Shown: piece by piece, positions 1-11,159 of the stretch
Position numbering within the stretch: the stretch's first letter is position 1
Layout: each line of letters begins with the position of its first letter
Assembly (NCBI GenBank): GCA_030295235.1
Contig: AP026128.1
Location: forward strand, 868,001 to 932,000
Source of the DNA: Fistulifera solaris
Taxonomy: Eukaryota
Reading direction: 5' to 3'
Length of the DNA stretch: 64,000 bases
Position numbers and translations under genes: made by a program
Notes under the pieces: model-generated
Database searches by the model: none
What the model was told of the DNA's origin: nothing
Seen by the model: only the letters and a program-made list of their open reading frames with translations

Positions 1-2
1 CG

Positions 3-1319
3 GCAATTGGAATTTATAGTGGTCGACCTTCGGAGCGTAATGATCTCGTAAGCGGTGCTGTTGACAGCAAGGTATCAGAGCACATCGCCAATTTTCATGA
101 TGAATTGAGCTTTCTTCTGCTAGAAGGGGTTATCGCCGAGAAAAGTGAAGACGGTGCTCAAGCAAGTGATACGTCACTTGGGGAGGTGTATCGAAAGAAA
201 TTACAAAAACTGCTCAAATCTCCCCTGGCTCGAATTCGTTCCGAGCGCTTTTTGGCCACTTTACCTCCTTCCTTTTTACAGGAAAAGGCGTTAATGCTCG
301 GTCGTGTTGGTCGACACGAAGATGCTCTTCGAATCCTATACCAGGAGCTTGATAGCTTGGAGTTAGCTCTCGAGTACTGCGATGATAGATTTGAGCAGCA
401 GCGAATCCTACGGGATCGCAGGTATCAGCAGCAGCAACAACAGCTCACTAGTGGGATCGATCAGTCGTTCGATATGTCTACTTTGATTTCCGGTGAAGAT
501 AATGCATATCTCCCTCTTGTTCGCGTTGCCTTGGAGTCAAAAGATCAAGAACGAGGAATAAGGGCGGCAATTCAAATCCTGGCTCTTCGTCGCAATGCGA
601 TCGATCGAGCGGCAGCTTTGCGTTTGTTACCATCCGGCATTCCCGTCTCTGCAGTGGCACGCCCGTTCCTCATTCCGGCTTTGGTGGACAGCGAGTCCCA
701 GGAGCGCCGGTTGACAGTGGTCGCTGCCTTGATGCGAGCCAGATATTTGAGATTGAAAGAGGAACTGACGGTTGCGCAATTACGGTCGCAAGCTTCTCTC
801 CAGGCAGTTCCACAGCTTCGAAGTCTCAATCTTGGTGAGCCTCTATATTCGAGCAAGGCAGTACGAGCCCGAACCAATGCAGCGGCGAGCGCAACAATGC
901 CCGATGTCATGATAATCAAGCACTTCTTTCCCCGAAATGTTGTAATTCAAGCGAAAGTGACGAACAATACGGGCGGAGATTCGTCGGACTACCGACTGTC
1001 AACACATGGTCGGGTTGGGCGAACTTTTACCGAGATTGCGTTTGTGGTGGCAGAATCTTCCGAAGAAGCCATTCAACCTCTTTTCATCGTACCAATAAAG
1101 GTTTTACCACAAAAGCTATCAGGGTCGGCTTGGTGTGTATTGGAAGCTGCGCCTGCCCGGATGGATGGAGCAGTGGTACAGCTTACGTGCGAATTACGGT
1201 ACACGGTTCAGTCTGTGGAGAGTGCTGGTCTCATCGGCAGCCCCGGTTCCGGTGTAGCGGGTCGGACCTTTGTCGAAGAACTACAGGACTTGGAAGTACA
1301 TGCAGCTCATTTTTCGTAG
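3..1319 (+). CDS. Vps39/TGFBRAP1 (Vam6)-like tethering subunit, C-terminal part (5' truncated), ending in a gamma-COP appendage-like domain
   Basis: Frame is open from the window start. 'EKALMLGRVGRHEDALRILYQELDSLELALEYCD' and 'IDRAAALRLLPSGIPVSAVARPFL' are typical of the Vps39/TGFBRAP1 clathrin-repeat region. Confidence 0.75.
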   Translation, partial: AIGIYSGRPSERNDLVSGAVDSKVSEHIANFHDELSFLLLEGVIAEKSEDGAQASDTSLGEVYRKKLQKLLKSPLARIRSERFLATLPPSFLQEKALMLGRVGRHEDALRILYQELDSLELALEYCDDRFEQQRILRDRRYQQQQQQLTSGIDQSFDMSTLISGEDNAYLPLVRVALESKDQERGIRAAIQILALRRNAIDRAAALRLLPSGIPVSAVARPFLIPALVDSESQERRLTVVAALMRARYLRLKEELTVAQLRSQASLQAVPQLRSLNLGEPLYSSKAVRARTNAAASATMPDVMIIKHFFPRNVVIQAKVTNNTGGDSSDYRLSTHGRVGRTFTEIAFVVAESSEEAIQPLFIVPIKVLPQKLSGSAWCVLEAAPARMDGAVVQLTCELRYTVQSVESAGLIGSPGSGVAGRTFVEELQDLEVHAAHFS

Positions 1320-1420
1320 ATAGAAAATAGGCTGAAGAGGGTATATATGGAAGCGGTTTATCATATTTTTCCGTTATTATGTTGTGAACGAATGACTAAA
1401 TGTATGAATAAGTAAGAGAC

Positions 1421-1648
1421 CTAAGAGTTCTCCTTCTTGTGTTGCGCCCACTGTGAAGATAGCTTTTTCTTGCGTTCCGCTCGTTCGGCTTGTTTCAGTT
1501 GGTAGTCTTCAGCGCGCTCGATGGCTCGCTGATCACGTTCCTTCTGCCCTGGCTTGGTGGCTGTTTGTGAGGCCAGGCCTTCTTTCGCGTCCTTTAAAAC
1601 GCTTTCGATTTGGTTCTTCGCCGCCATTTGCGATGCCTGATTGCCCAT
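1421..1648 (-). CDS. Small 75-aa helical protein with N-myristoylation-like start (MGNQAS); complexin-like
   Basis: Complete ATG-to-stop ORF with a MGxxxS motif and a charged helix 'ERAEDYQLKQAERAERKKKLSSQW'. Confidence 0.6.
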   Translation of the reverse strand: MGNQASQMAAKNQIESVLKDAKEGLASQTATKPGQKERDQRAIERAEDYQLKQAERAERKKKLSSQWAQHKKENS

Positions 1649-1811
1649 GTTGTGTGATAATTGTCAAGCAGAGCAGAGGTCTACTGGTTTGTTTGAAGAA
1701 GAATGCAATGAAATGCAACGGGCGGAAATGACCCGCAACGAAGGCTCATGACTGAAATCCAGTCATGGCGAAATTCGCTTACACTTTGTCCTATAGTAAT
1801 TACAAAACAGA

Positions 1812-2774
1812 TCGTGAAATTGGTACAACCATCTGTTTGGATCATAGTAAGAACATGAAGGTCAGGACTCGAAGACATTGCCGGCTGATATTGCAATTGC
1901 GCGAAATTTCAAGGTTAGAGAATAACTAGCTTTCGATTTATTATTGTAATGAGACTGTAATCAAACGCGACAAAGACGAAAAATTCGCGCTGCAGGCTGC
2001 ATGCACAAAAGGATTGATGCAGTCTCATGACGAAATCCAGTCGTGAATTGGTGCAACCATCTGTTCGGATCATAGTAAAAACATGAAGGTCAGGACTCAA
2101 AGACATTGCCGGCTGAAATTGCAATTGCGCGAAATTTCAAGGTTAGAGCATAACTAGCTTTCGATTTATTATTTTAATGAGACTATAATCAAACGCGAAA
2201 AGACGAAAAATTCGCGCTGCAGGCTGCATGCACAAAAGGATTGATGCAGTCTCATGACGAAATCCAGTCGTGAATTGGTGCAACCATCTGTTCGGATCAT
2301 AGTAAGAACATGAAGGTCAGGACTCAAAGACATTGCCGGCTGAAATTGCAATTGCGCGAAATTTCAAGGTTAGAGCATAACTAGCTTTCGATTTATTATT
2401 TTAATGAGACTATAATCAAACGCGAAAAGACGAAAAATTCGCGCTGCAGGCTGCATGCACAAAAGGATTGATGCAGTCTCATGACGAGATCCAGTCGTGA
2501 ATTGGTGCAACCATCTGTTCGGATCATAGTAAAAACATGAAGGTCAGGACTCAAAGACATTGCCGGCTGAAATTGCAATTGCGCGAAATTTCAAGGTTAG
2601 AGCATAACTAGCTTTCGATTTATTATTTTAATGAGACTATAATCAAACGCGAAAAGACGAAAAATTCGCGCTGCAGGCTGCATGCACAAAAGGATTGATG
2701 CAGTCTCATGACGAAATCCAGTCGTGAATTGGTGCAACCATCTGTTTGGATCATAGTAAAAACATGAAGGTCAG
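1812..2774. repeat. Tandem repeat, about 227-bp unit, about 4.2 copies
   Basis: 'caggactc(g/a)aagacattgccggctga' recurs at 1863, 2091, 2318 and 2545 (spacing 228, 227, 227). Copies differ by only a few bases. Confidence 0.95.
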
Positions 2775-2957
2775 AGCAGTCATTTTCGTCTGACGGACGA
2801 CGGACGCATTCTTGACTTTATCGTCAATCGTCACACACGCAAAAATGCAAACATCGTCTTCCGGCTTCGGGAGGTTCGGCGTTTCTCATCCTTTTGTTAT
2901 TATTCTTTCATACATTCCTTGTGTTACTAATATCGTCCCGCTACAATACTAAGAAAA

Positions 2958-3703
2958 ATGGCATTAACGAAATGGAGGACTGCAGTCGCTATTCTTTTGT
3001 GCCTGGAACCGGCGGCAGCGTTCGTGACGACGAACGGCGTAGCCAGAAGACCAACGTTTGTCCGAATGGCCGACATTATTTCCCCATTCGATGATTCCGA
3101 CAATAAAAGCGCTTCTACGAAAACAGCCACCGACGATGGTCCTCTCGACTTGACGTGGGAGAATGTAGAACTTGTTTTGGACTCGATGAGATCGTATTTA
3201 ATTCAAGATGGTGGGAATGTTGTGATTAGTGAAATTGACGGACCGGTGGTTCGTTTGGAGCTACAGGTAAGTCGTTTGTGAGCAAATACGTGTCTCTTGT
3301 GCTTTTTGAATTGTATTGATGGATGCATCGCGGTTTTCGTTCGATCTAGGGTGCTTGTGGAACATGTCCTTCATCAACACAAACGATGAAGATGGGATTG
3401 GAGCGCGGTTTGAAGGAACGTATACCAGAAATCCAGGAAGTCGTACAAAAAATGCCAGAAGGACCCGAACTCACGGATGAGCAAATCAATGTCGTGTTGG
3501 ATGGTGTGCGACCCTTTCTTCAGGTGGCGGGAGGAAGCATTGACATTGATCGCATTGAAGGCAAAGACGGACTGCAGCCTGCGATTTTCCTGAACATGCG
3601 AGGTTCCAGTGCTAGTCTGAACTCTGTCAAACTGGAGATTGCGCAACGGTTGCAACGACACTTTATGATGGCTGGATTAAGGATCGAGTGGGTCAAGAGT
3701 TAG
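2958..3703 (+). CDS. Plastid-targeted NifU-like (NFU) Fe-S carrier protein, 2 exons (intron 3267-3349)
   Basis: Signal peptide + 'AAAFVT' leader. Two NFU repeats ('[16 protein letters not shown]', '[16 protein letters not shown]'). Splicing gtaagt...tag restores '[11 protein letters not shown]' with the CxxC motif. Confidence 0.9.
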
Positions 3704-3829
3704 ATAGCAGGTGACAAAAATACTGGACCTATCTTTCTTCTTAGTAAGACAATTGCAAACTACATTCCAAAACGCGTTATGTGTTGTGTTGAATCATTTT
3801 ATTACCTAATAAGGAAGGACGTATGAATT

Positions 3830-6800
3830 TTACCTTACTTTTAGCCTTTTCCAAGCCGGCTGCTCGTCGTCGTACTCCTCCACAGGGTCTTCGTCTTCGT
3901 CATCATCCATGGGTGAAACGCCATTCTCAGCGTCACTCATGTGCTCGTCTTCCGAAAAGGATTTCATATCATCTGGGAGGCTAGTAAGAAGTGCAGTGCC
4001 CTTGGGAACAAAACAAAAATACATTTCGCCGCTGTTTTTATCGTACTGAATTCGGTACGAAGCGTTAGCTGCAATAGCAAAACAGTGCGCCCGTGCACTC
4101 AAAGGATCGACCCTTGGCAGATGGCAATAATCATAGAGATGCAAAATGGCGTCTTCTTTCGCGGTCTCAATTAACGCTGCTGCGCATCGCTCGACAAATT
4201 TCGCCATAGCCGCAACTTGGTGAACCGTATCCGTTGACACCTTTCGAGCTATAGCTTCCAAGTCTTTAGCTTCCATTTTCCACTAACAACTTTGTTTAGT
4301 CCATCCAAAATGCCGGCAAAATCAAGCCGACTCTGAGGTAAGTCCTTGTTCTCATTGCGCCTAAAAGGATTATGGTAAGTCTTTGACGGGTCCACCGGCG
4401 CCGCAGACTTCGTACAGCACTCTCTTGTATCTCTCAGCAACGCGCATAGCAGTAAATATTGTCGCAGAAAAATGTACATGCTTTCCGTGCCAAAAACAAT
4501 TTTGTAGCGATCACTCAACTGCCCTTCCGAAGTCAGCTCTGTGACAATAGTTTCATCGCGAACCATAACGCCATCTCGGCGTACGAAAGGTGTATCTTGT
4601 GACGCCTCTGAAAATAGTATTGCGGCTGGATTGAGAAAGGCAAGTCCGTAGGGCATTTTGACCTTGTATTTCGAAGAAGTATCGCCAGTCGTTTTTACAA
4701 ACGCAACAATAGTTCCTTCACCGTAAATTGTAACAACTCGCTGTCCAGGCGAAACTGCGAACAAAAAGTAAACATTAGAAGCAAACATTTTACAGCGCTT
4801 CGGCTAAGCGTTCGCACTTACATTTCACGACATTCGGGCTTAGTGTCCCACTGAAGCTGTTTCGCAACTCGTCTGCGACCCAAAACGGAGGATAGTCGAA
4901 CCAAGGGACGACAAACTCAGCCCAGATGCGTCCAATTCTTTCACGGTGAAGACTGCTTAGGCTTGAATCTAACTGAATGCGTTTGGTTACTAAGGAAAAT
5001 ACGTCGCGGTGCGAAATGTCCGGCTTAGCTTTGACGGATACGTAAGATTGGAAAAGTAACGCTTGGTTGTCAGAATGCGAAGTAGCATAGTCTGGTAGAA
5101 ATTTGACAACAGTTGGATTTCTGCTTTTGTTCTCACTGCTTCGAGCATGCGAACGGGCACGGATGCAATCATCGCGCAAACGATTGAGAGTCCCTAATCG
5201 TTCCAAGGCCTTGCGTTTGAAATAGCACTGTGTATCAAGAGTCCCCTCGTAATGGGCTGCCGTGGAAGCATTTAACTTCGAGTTCAGATCAGCCTTTGCT
5301 TTCCTCCATTCTGTATCTTTCTGCTTCAGGCGTTGGTAAACAATTGGAAGGACAGCAAGAGGATTCCGCAGCAAGTGCTGTAAGACCTCATCTCCACGAT
5401 CACCATAAAGCCTAGCAATGGCATTGGTGTGTACTGAGTTAAGAGTATGCCGGTTCAATCTATACTGCAGCCGTCCAATCGGTTGACCATCTTTTTCTTC
5501 CTGTTCTTTCAAAGCTTGAACCTCCTCTGCCAGTGGCTCAATCTGACGAAGAGCTTGCGCGTTGCGCTCTATGGCCATGTCAATTTCGTAGCGTTCTTCC
5601 TCGATTTGCATCATCGCTTCCTCGTAAGCATTATGGCGCTCTGCGATACCGTCATACGATTCGATGGAATGAACGTTGCGCTCGCCAGTAGGTTTTCCGA
5701 CGCAAATGACGGTTTCGTTCAGCACTTGTTTCTCCCACTTCGTTTGCCCCGGATGCGAAATGAGCATGCTGTGCGGGTAGTCACTAGGATACGAAAAATA
5801 GGAAGGAGTGTGGTTGTCGCAATTCGACAAATCAAAATCGAAGGTTCGCACGGATCCATACTTTGACTTGTCTTTGAGAGCCGATTGTTGAGCAGCGTAC
5901 TTTCCGCGTCCATTCATTAATTGTTCCAGATCGCGGATTAACTCATTGGCGTCACTCGTAATGGCCGACGACATTCCAGTAGTGGAACTGGTTCCGCTTT
6001 TGGGTGCATGTCCGTACATGAAAAGACTCTTCAAAAGCATGAGTAGCTCATCGCGACTAAGAACGCCTGCTCCGAACAAATGTAAGCACTTCAAGAATTC
6101 CACGTAAGGAGTGTGCCTGCGCGAGCCAGTGGGTTTGTCGGAACGAAGTTCCCGGCGTTCCAGATGTTTCTTTGTTTTTTGCAAAAATGCAGCTTCCGCG
6201 GTGTTCGGTTGTTTCGGAAGCGGGGGAATAGTCACGGGACGGTTGACCTTTGTAGCTGCCTTGGAAGGAGTAAGATCACCTCGTCGCGGCGGGCGGACCG
6301 CGTCGAACGACACGACGCCGAAATGGGCCCCGCGAATAATCATCTGCTCTTGATCTTCGGTGCGCCCTTGAACGGCACCGTACGGTACATGAATGGTCTC
6401 TCGATCGTACTCAGGCTGCTTGGATCGAGAAGGGTTCTGTGCTTGTTTCTGCATACCATGAGCTGTGCTTAAAATAGCTTGCTTCGCCTGTGCCCGCTTT
6501 CGCGCCTCCGCCTCTTTGCCACCTGATCCAATTGTGCCTTGGCCTGACCCTGCACAGCATCCGGCAGAAAGTAGGTAAACTCTTTCAGAAGATCCGGATG
6601 ATCGGCAAATAGTTTAGAGACTTCATCTAGCACTTCCTTGATCCCTCGTTGTTCTTTCTGATACGTGTGCAAAATCTCCAAAAACTTTTTGTAAATCTCC
6701 GGTTCGGTAGCGAACCGTTTCTTGATCGTAGTGACGTAGTTAATGGCATGATCGAATTCCATGGGTTGCTGTGCTTGAGCCGCTGCTGGTGGTTGGGCGG

Positions 6801-7545
6801 CTTTCGATCCACTGGCGGTAGCTCCGTCGTTGGCTGCGGGCGGCTTGGCGTCGCGCGCCGCCACTGGGGCATTTGGTGACTGCTGTGCGGGCGGCACACC
6901 GCTGGTCTGGTTTGGTCGAGTCAATCTCGCTGTGGGTACTTGTCGCTGATCTACTAAAGGTTGTGGCTGTCTCTGTAGCATAGCTTGCGACGGCACGTGT
7001 GACGACATGACCTGCGGCGCTAAATTTGGAGCAAATGCTTCCCCAGCCTGCGGTAGACGAGCCGCGTGAGGAATCTGAAGATGATGCTGACCGTGGGGTT
7101 GACGCAAAGCGGGGGAATGACCATGCGGCGGCTGGTGAAGTTGGGGCTGTCCGTGTGCTAAAAGTGACGGGTGTCCCTGCTGGGGTGGTTGTGAAGGAGG
7201 TTTCTGCGGCATGGCCGGGGGCATTTGCGGAGAATCTCCTTCTCTAAGAATTTGGGCGACGTTTGACCCTGGAGCTCGATAAACAGCCACGGGAGGGCCG
7301 TTTCCGTCACTCGGTAATTCGATTTGGTATCCTTCCGGAAGGAAAGTATTAAAGCCTAACACCAACCTTCTGTTTCCTTTGAACAGATTTGAAACCCTAC
7401 GAATGACTCCAGGCGTGTCAATTTGCTGCGTCTTGAATGTTTTCATGATTTCAAGAAACTCGTTGTAGATATGAGGGCGGTCGCCGAACTCGACTTTGAC
7501 CTGATCGAGGTAAAGAAGGGCATCTTCAACACGAAGTTCCCTCAT
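3830..7545 (-). CDS. SIN3: Sin3-family paired amphipathic helix co-repressor (intron 4755-4821; apparent frameshifts near 6515 and 4275)
   Basis: PAH1 'LRVEDALLYLDQVKVEFGDRPHIYNEFLEIMKTFK', PAH2 'EFDHAINYVTTIKKRF...PDLLKEFTYFLP' and the HDAC-interaction region 'TPSY...NAYEEAMMQIEEERYEIDM...VLPIVYQRLKQKDTEWRKA'. Confidence 0.9.
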
Positions 7546-8519
7546 CTTTGACGATTGCGATACGTGCTGTCAAAGGGACTCGATTGACTATTTTCTCTCT
7601 GTGACTGAATTATGGAACGAAGGAAGAGAGTAAGAGACTGAAGCGGCAAGAATCTCAAAGCAATGTCAAATGAATGAATGCTTTGCGAGACGAGAGAGAT
7701 TGAAGCAAAGACCGACAACCGTTCGGCCCCATCGGATTTCAACGAAGAAAATGATTACGACCACGCGCGCGCGGTTTTGCGCAACCGAACTCTTTGACGT
7801 CACTGAAAAAAGAGCTAAATTTCTCTCACGATACGATCTTTCGTGAATCAGAAGCTGCCGTCGACTTTGCGAGACCATGAGGATCGACGCAACGAATGGT
7901 TCTTTTGGCGACAATACCAATTGCTTTGGTCCTCCCATGTTATTCCATGAGCTCTCAAAGGTCATGCTGACAAGCGAGCGAAAGAAGAAGGCGACGAAAC
8001 GAGTGTTACGCGACTTCAAACTTCCGTGCTCATTTCTCTCGCCAACAGCGTGCGACACCGTACGAGCTTTACGTAAAGAGCACCGGAAGACACAGAACAA
8101 CAACGATACGAAATTGCCGGCATGCCTTACTTCTCAAGTCCTATTCCTATCAAGAAACACACTCGATAACACAACTTCATCACTCACCTAAAAGACAATT
8201 ACACGGCAGGTTCTCTCGGAACGACGCTGTGTAATGACAACTGCGCGCCATGCCCGATGCCTTTTTTGGTGGGAGGAGTGTCGACGAACAAGAACTCGGA
8301 TCGCGCGAACGCGCGACATTATCATGTCGCCGTGGTGCGCCACTACACTCTATCATACAGTAAATTGAAAATCGTCAACCGTCAACTGCCTCTACTTAAA
8401 GAGGTATAGTAGTGCCGCTCTAAGACATGAACCTCTTCTTCGAAACGAACGACATGCAATTTTTTTGCGCTTCATTACAAAGCTTCATTGCACATAAGAA
8501 CAGCACATTCATTGACATC

Positions 8520-8987
8520 ATGGCAAGTAACATTAGTTGCAACGACAATCAAAATTACCTCGTCAAACAGGGACGAACGACAAGCCGAGTGCTGGCCCCG
8601 CCGGAGGTTTCACTTCGCTTTCGTTTGGATGCGAGGCGCCCGCACCGAAGAAAAAAAGAAGGTACGAAGCAGCAGGGTCTGAAAGCGTTTATCAATCACG
8701 CGTTTCTCATCTGTGTATCGAAAGAAGCAGTAGTAGCGCCCAGTGCGGCGGTGCCGGCAACGACAGAAACCGTTGCAGCTCCGGTGGTCAAGGATGAATC
8801 ATCGTCGGTTCCTGCCTCGAACATCCCGGGGCCAAAGGAAACACCTGTGCCACCCAAAGAAGTACCGATATCGAGCAACGCATTTGCCAGTGGAAGTAAT
8901 ATGAATGGCGCCCAGGTGATGACGGGCCGTCCGACTTCGCGAGTTCTCGCTCCACCAGGTGGACACACGACGATCAAACTCTGGTGA
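8520..8987 (+). CDS. SPIRAL1/HN1-Jupiter-like microtubule-associated small protein (probable intron from 8662; apparent frameshift near 8600)
   Basis: Two copies of 'GRxTSRVLAPPGG' at the N- and C-termini, and 'SSNAFASGSNMNGAQVMTGRPTSRV'. Confidence 0.7.
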   Translation: MASNISCNDNQNYLVKQGRTTSRVLAPPEVSLRFRLDARRPHRRKKEGTKQQGLKAFINHAFLICVSKEAVVAPSAAVPATTETVAAPVVKDESSSVPASNIPGPKETPVPPKEVPISSNAFASGSNMNGAQVMTGRPTSRVLAPPGGHTTIKLW

Positions 8988-9320
8988 GAACGCAGCAAAA
9001 TGCCCTGGTAGCTTTGATCGATCAAAGATGGTTCAGCGTAAGTTCTAGAGATACTGGAATACATAAAAATGATGCTATAGATCATTATTTTCACCGAAAC
9101 TTGTCCTGTGATGAGATGATATCATGCGCAAGAAAGGATTTATCTTGAAGTTCAAAGACTGATGAAAGTTCTCCCGGGTACTCGATACAAATGTCTTCTC
9201 CTCCAACCGAAAAACAGCTCTACTCCCAATAGTCCGCAATGAACGCAGTAGCATCACCGGATTCAGTTTTATGCATTTCATCAGAACGATTCCCAATCTC
9301 TTCTGAACCTGGTGCACAGT

Positions 9321-10787
9321 TTACATCGATGTATCTTTTGCGCTTTTCGGAAACAGAATGATCTGGATGATATATAGGCCCACCCCCGCCTGTGCTTTGT
9401 TTGACAGGGACGTCCAACGCTCTGGTGTTACCTTTGCTGGAAGTCGGCGATCGCAGAAACCATCATTCGTCGTGGATAGCACAGCGTTCGTCTCTCCTAC
9501 AGAATCGAGTCCCTGCGAAGCTCGGAGCGCTTCACCCAGATAAGAGCCCTTCAATGCCCGACTGTCATAAGAGGAAGGCGGTGGTTGTGCGCTACGTTGA
9601 AAGCTATGCTTACTGGGAAAAAGATGGGAGCGTCCGTAGTTGTCGGAAGAACCGTGACTATCACGGGCGTCCCGCTTTGGCACACCTTCATGGATCAAGA
9701 GGGGTGTTGGATCCGTAGCATCTAGCTGGAAGGAATCATCTTGTTTCTCGTCATTAATAGGCACGACCGAAGATGGAATACCCGCTGAAGATCTCGATTC
9801 GGAGGGGCGGTACGGCCAGAATATGTTTTCAATCAGAGACCATGCCAGAAACGCGAGAAGAAGACCAGTGATGACTTGAACAATGAATATCAATCTATCG
9901 ATTTCATCCAGTTCACTCTGGACCATATCCTGTAGTATCTGAAGTTGCTTTTCACCAAAGTGTGGATAATTTGGGCTGTTCTCTGGATAGCTGCAAGTCT
10001 CCGTTCGTTTAATTGATGTTGGCTTTACTGATTCCGTCGTAATCGGAGGATTTCGCTCCTGCGCAAAACTGGGGACCGGCTCATCCAATATCACGCTCCC
10101 TGGGTCTGTGCTATTTGCATCAGAAGAAGCAGTACCGGTACCTGTGGCGGTGACATCGTTGTCGTAACTTTCAATCCATAAACTCATTAGAATGCGCTCA
10201 GCTGGCACCAAATCGATGGTGATTGATGCCTCCGTCATGAATATGTTCGAACTGAGACCAGATTTTGCACGGCTGTTCCATTCAAACGACACCGTATCAG
10301 CCGAGACTTCAAAAGGAGAACTTTGCATGATATCTTCGGACATGTAAAGTGTCGAAGTCATCTTTATATCCCAAATGCAGTTCGAAAGACCAAGTTGAAA
10401 TTTCAAAGAATCTCCATGTTCGTATTCTTGCAAAAGAGGGAAAAGAAACATGTTCTCCTGTCCACATGGTAGAATTTCTTCGCGAGGAAATTTGAAAATA
10501 TCCGGTGAATCTTCGGAAAGTAAGATCATATCACAAACGAACGTCGAAGATGTCAGAAGATCTTCCCATGGTGCGTCAAAAGATCTTGCCCCAACGTTCG
10601 TGCTATCTTCGCTTACGATTGCGGAGGCATTAGTTGATGAATATATATTCTGTAGAAAAGCCGCAGAGAAACCTTCGGAGAGACATAGTGTTTTGAGCAG
10701 AAGAATAGAATTTGCGTCGGACATCATGATCACTGATTGAGCGTGAACTGAACAACACACCTCGAATTGTCTTGCGGTTTGCTGCAC
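9321..10787 (-). CDS. Hypothetical single-pass membrane protein (termini uncertain)
   Basis: 488-codon ORF with one hydrophobic segment, 'LIFIVQVITGLLLAFLAWSLI'. No family recognised. Confidence 0.5.
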   Translation of the reverse strand: MQQTARQFEVCCSVHAQSVIMMSDANSILLLKTLCLSEGFSAAFLQNIYSSTNASAIVSEDSTNVGARSFDAPWEDLLTSSTFVCDMILLSEDSPDIFKFPREEILPCGQENMFLFPLLQEYEHGDSLKFQLGLSNCIWDIKMTSTLYMSEDIMQSSPFEVSADTVSFEWNSRAKSGLSSNIFMTEASITIDLVPAERILMSLWIESYDNDVTATGTGTASSDANSTDPGSVILDEPVPSFAQERNPPITTESVKPTSIKRTETCSYPENSPNYPHFGEKQLQILQDMVQSELDEIDRLIFIVQVITGLLLAFLAWSLIENIFWPYRPSESRSSAGIPSSVVPINDEKQDDSFQLDATDPTPLLIHEGVPKRDARDSHGSSDNYGRSHLFPSKHSFQRSAQPPPSSYDSRALKGSYLGEALRASQGLDSVGETNAVLSTTNDGFCDRRLPAKVTPERWTSLSNKAQAGVGLYIIQIILFPKSAKDTSM

Positions 10788-11159
10788 TGCTCTGCACAGG
10801 ATAAGCTATCAGAGAAAACAAAGGCAACGATGGATGGAGACTCGTTCTCCGTTCTATCCTTTGCATCGTTCTACCATTGCCGTCGAAATCAAAAATGGCG
10901 GCATGAAGTTTTTTGCGAGTGGCTTTTTGCTTGGAGAATGAGACATGAGACACCTGCAGAAATGAGGAGAGTAAAAAATAAAGTACGGTTTGACTACCGG
11001 TTCACTGTCTTTATAAAACGATGTGGAGAAGTAGTATACCGGTTTGATGATTCGATTTTACAATAATCCACAATCCCCAAATGCCATCATCGCTATCTTC
11101 GGCATGGAAAGTACGTACCAACAAACTATTATCAACACCAATGTGACTTCAATACGTGA

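Noticed and set aside
1681..2578. Repeated 60-71 aa minus-strand ORFs (MQFQPAMSLSPDL...)
   Set aside because: By-products of the tandem repeat: non-ATG starts, variable stops and no recognisable domain.
1812..2774. CRISPR-like or guide-RNA array
   Set aside because: Units are near-identical over their whole length, with no unique spacers and no adjacent nuclease gene.
7542..8191. ORFs in the Sin3 / SPIRAL1-like intergenic region
   Set aside because: Overlapping short ORFs on both strands with no recognisable motifs; more likely divergent promoter and UTR sequence.
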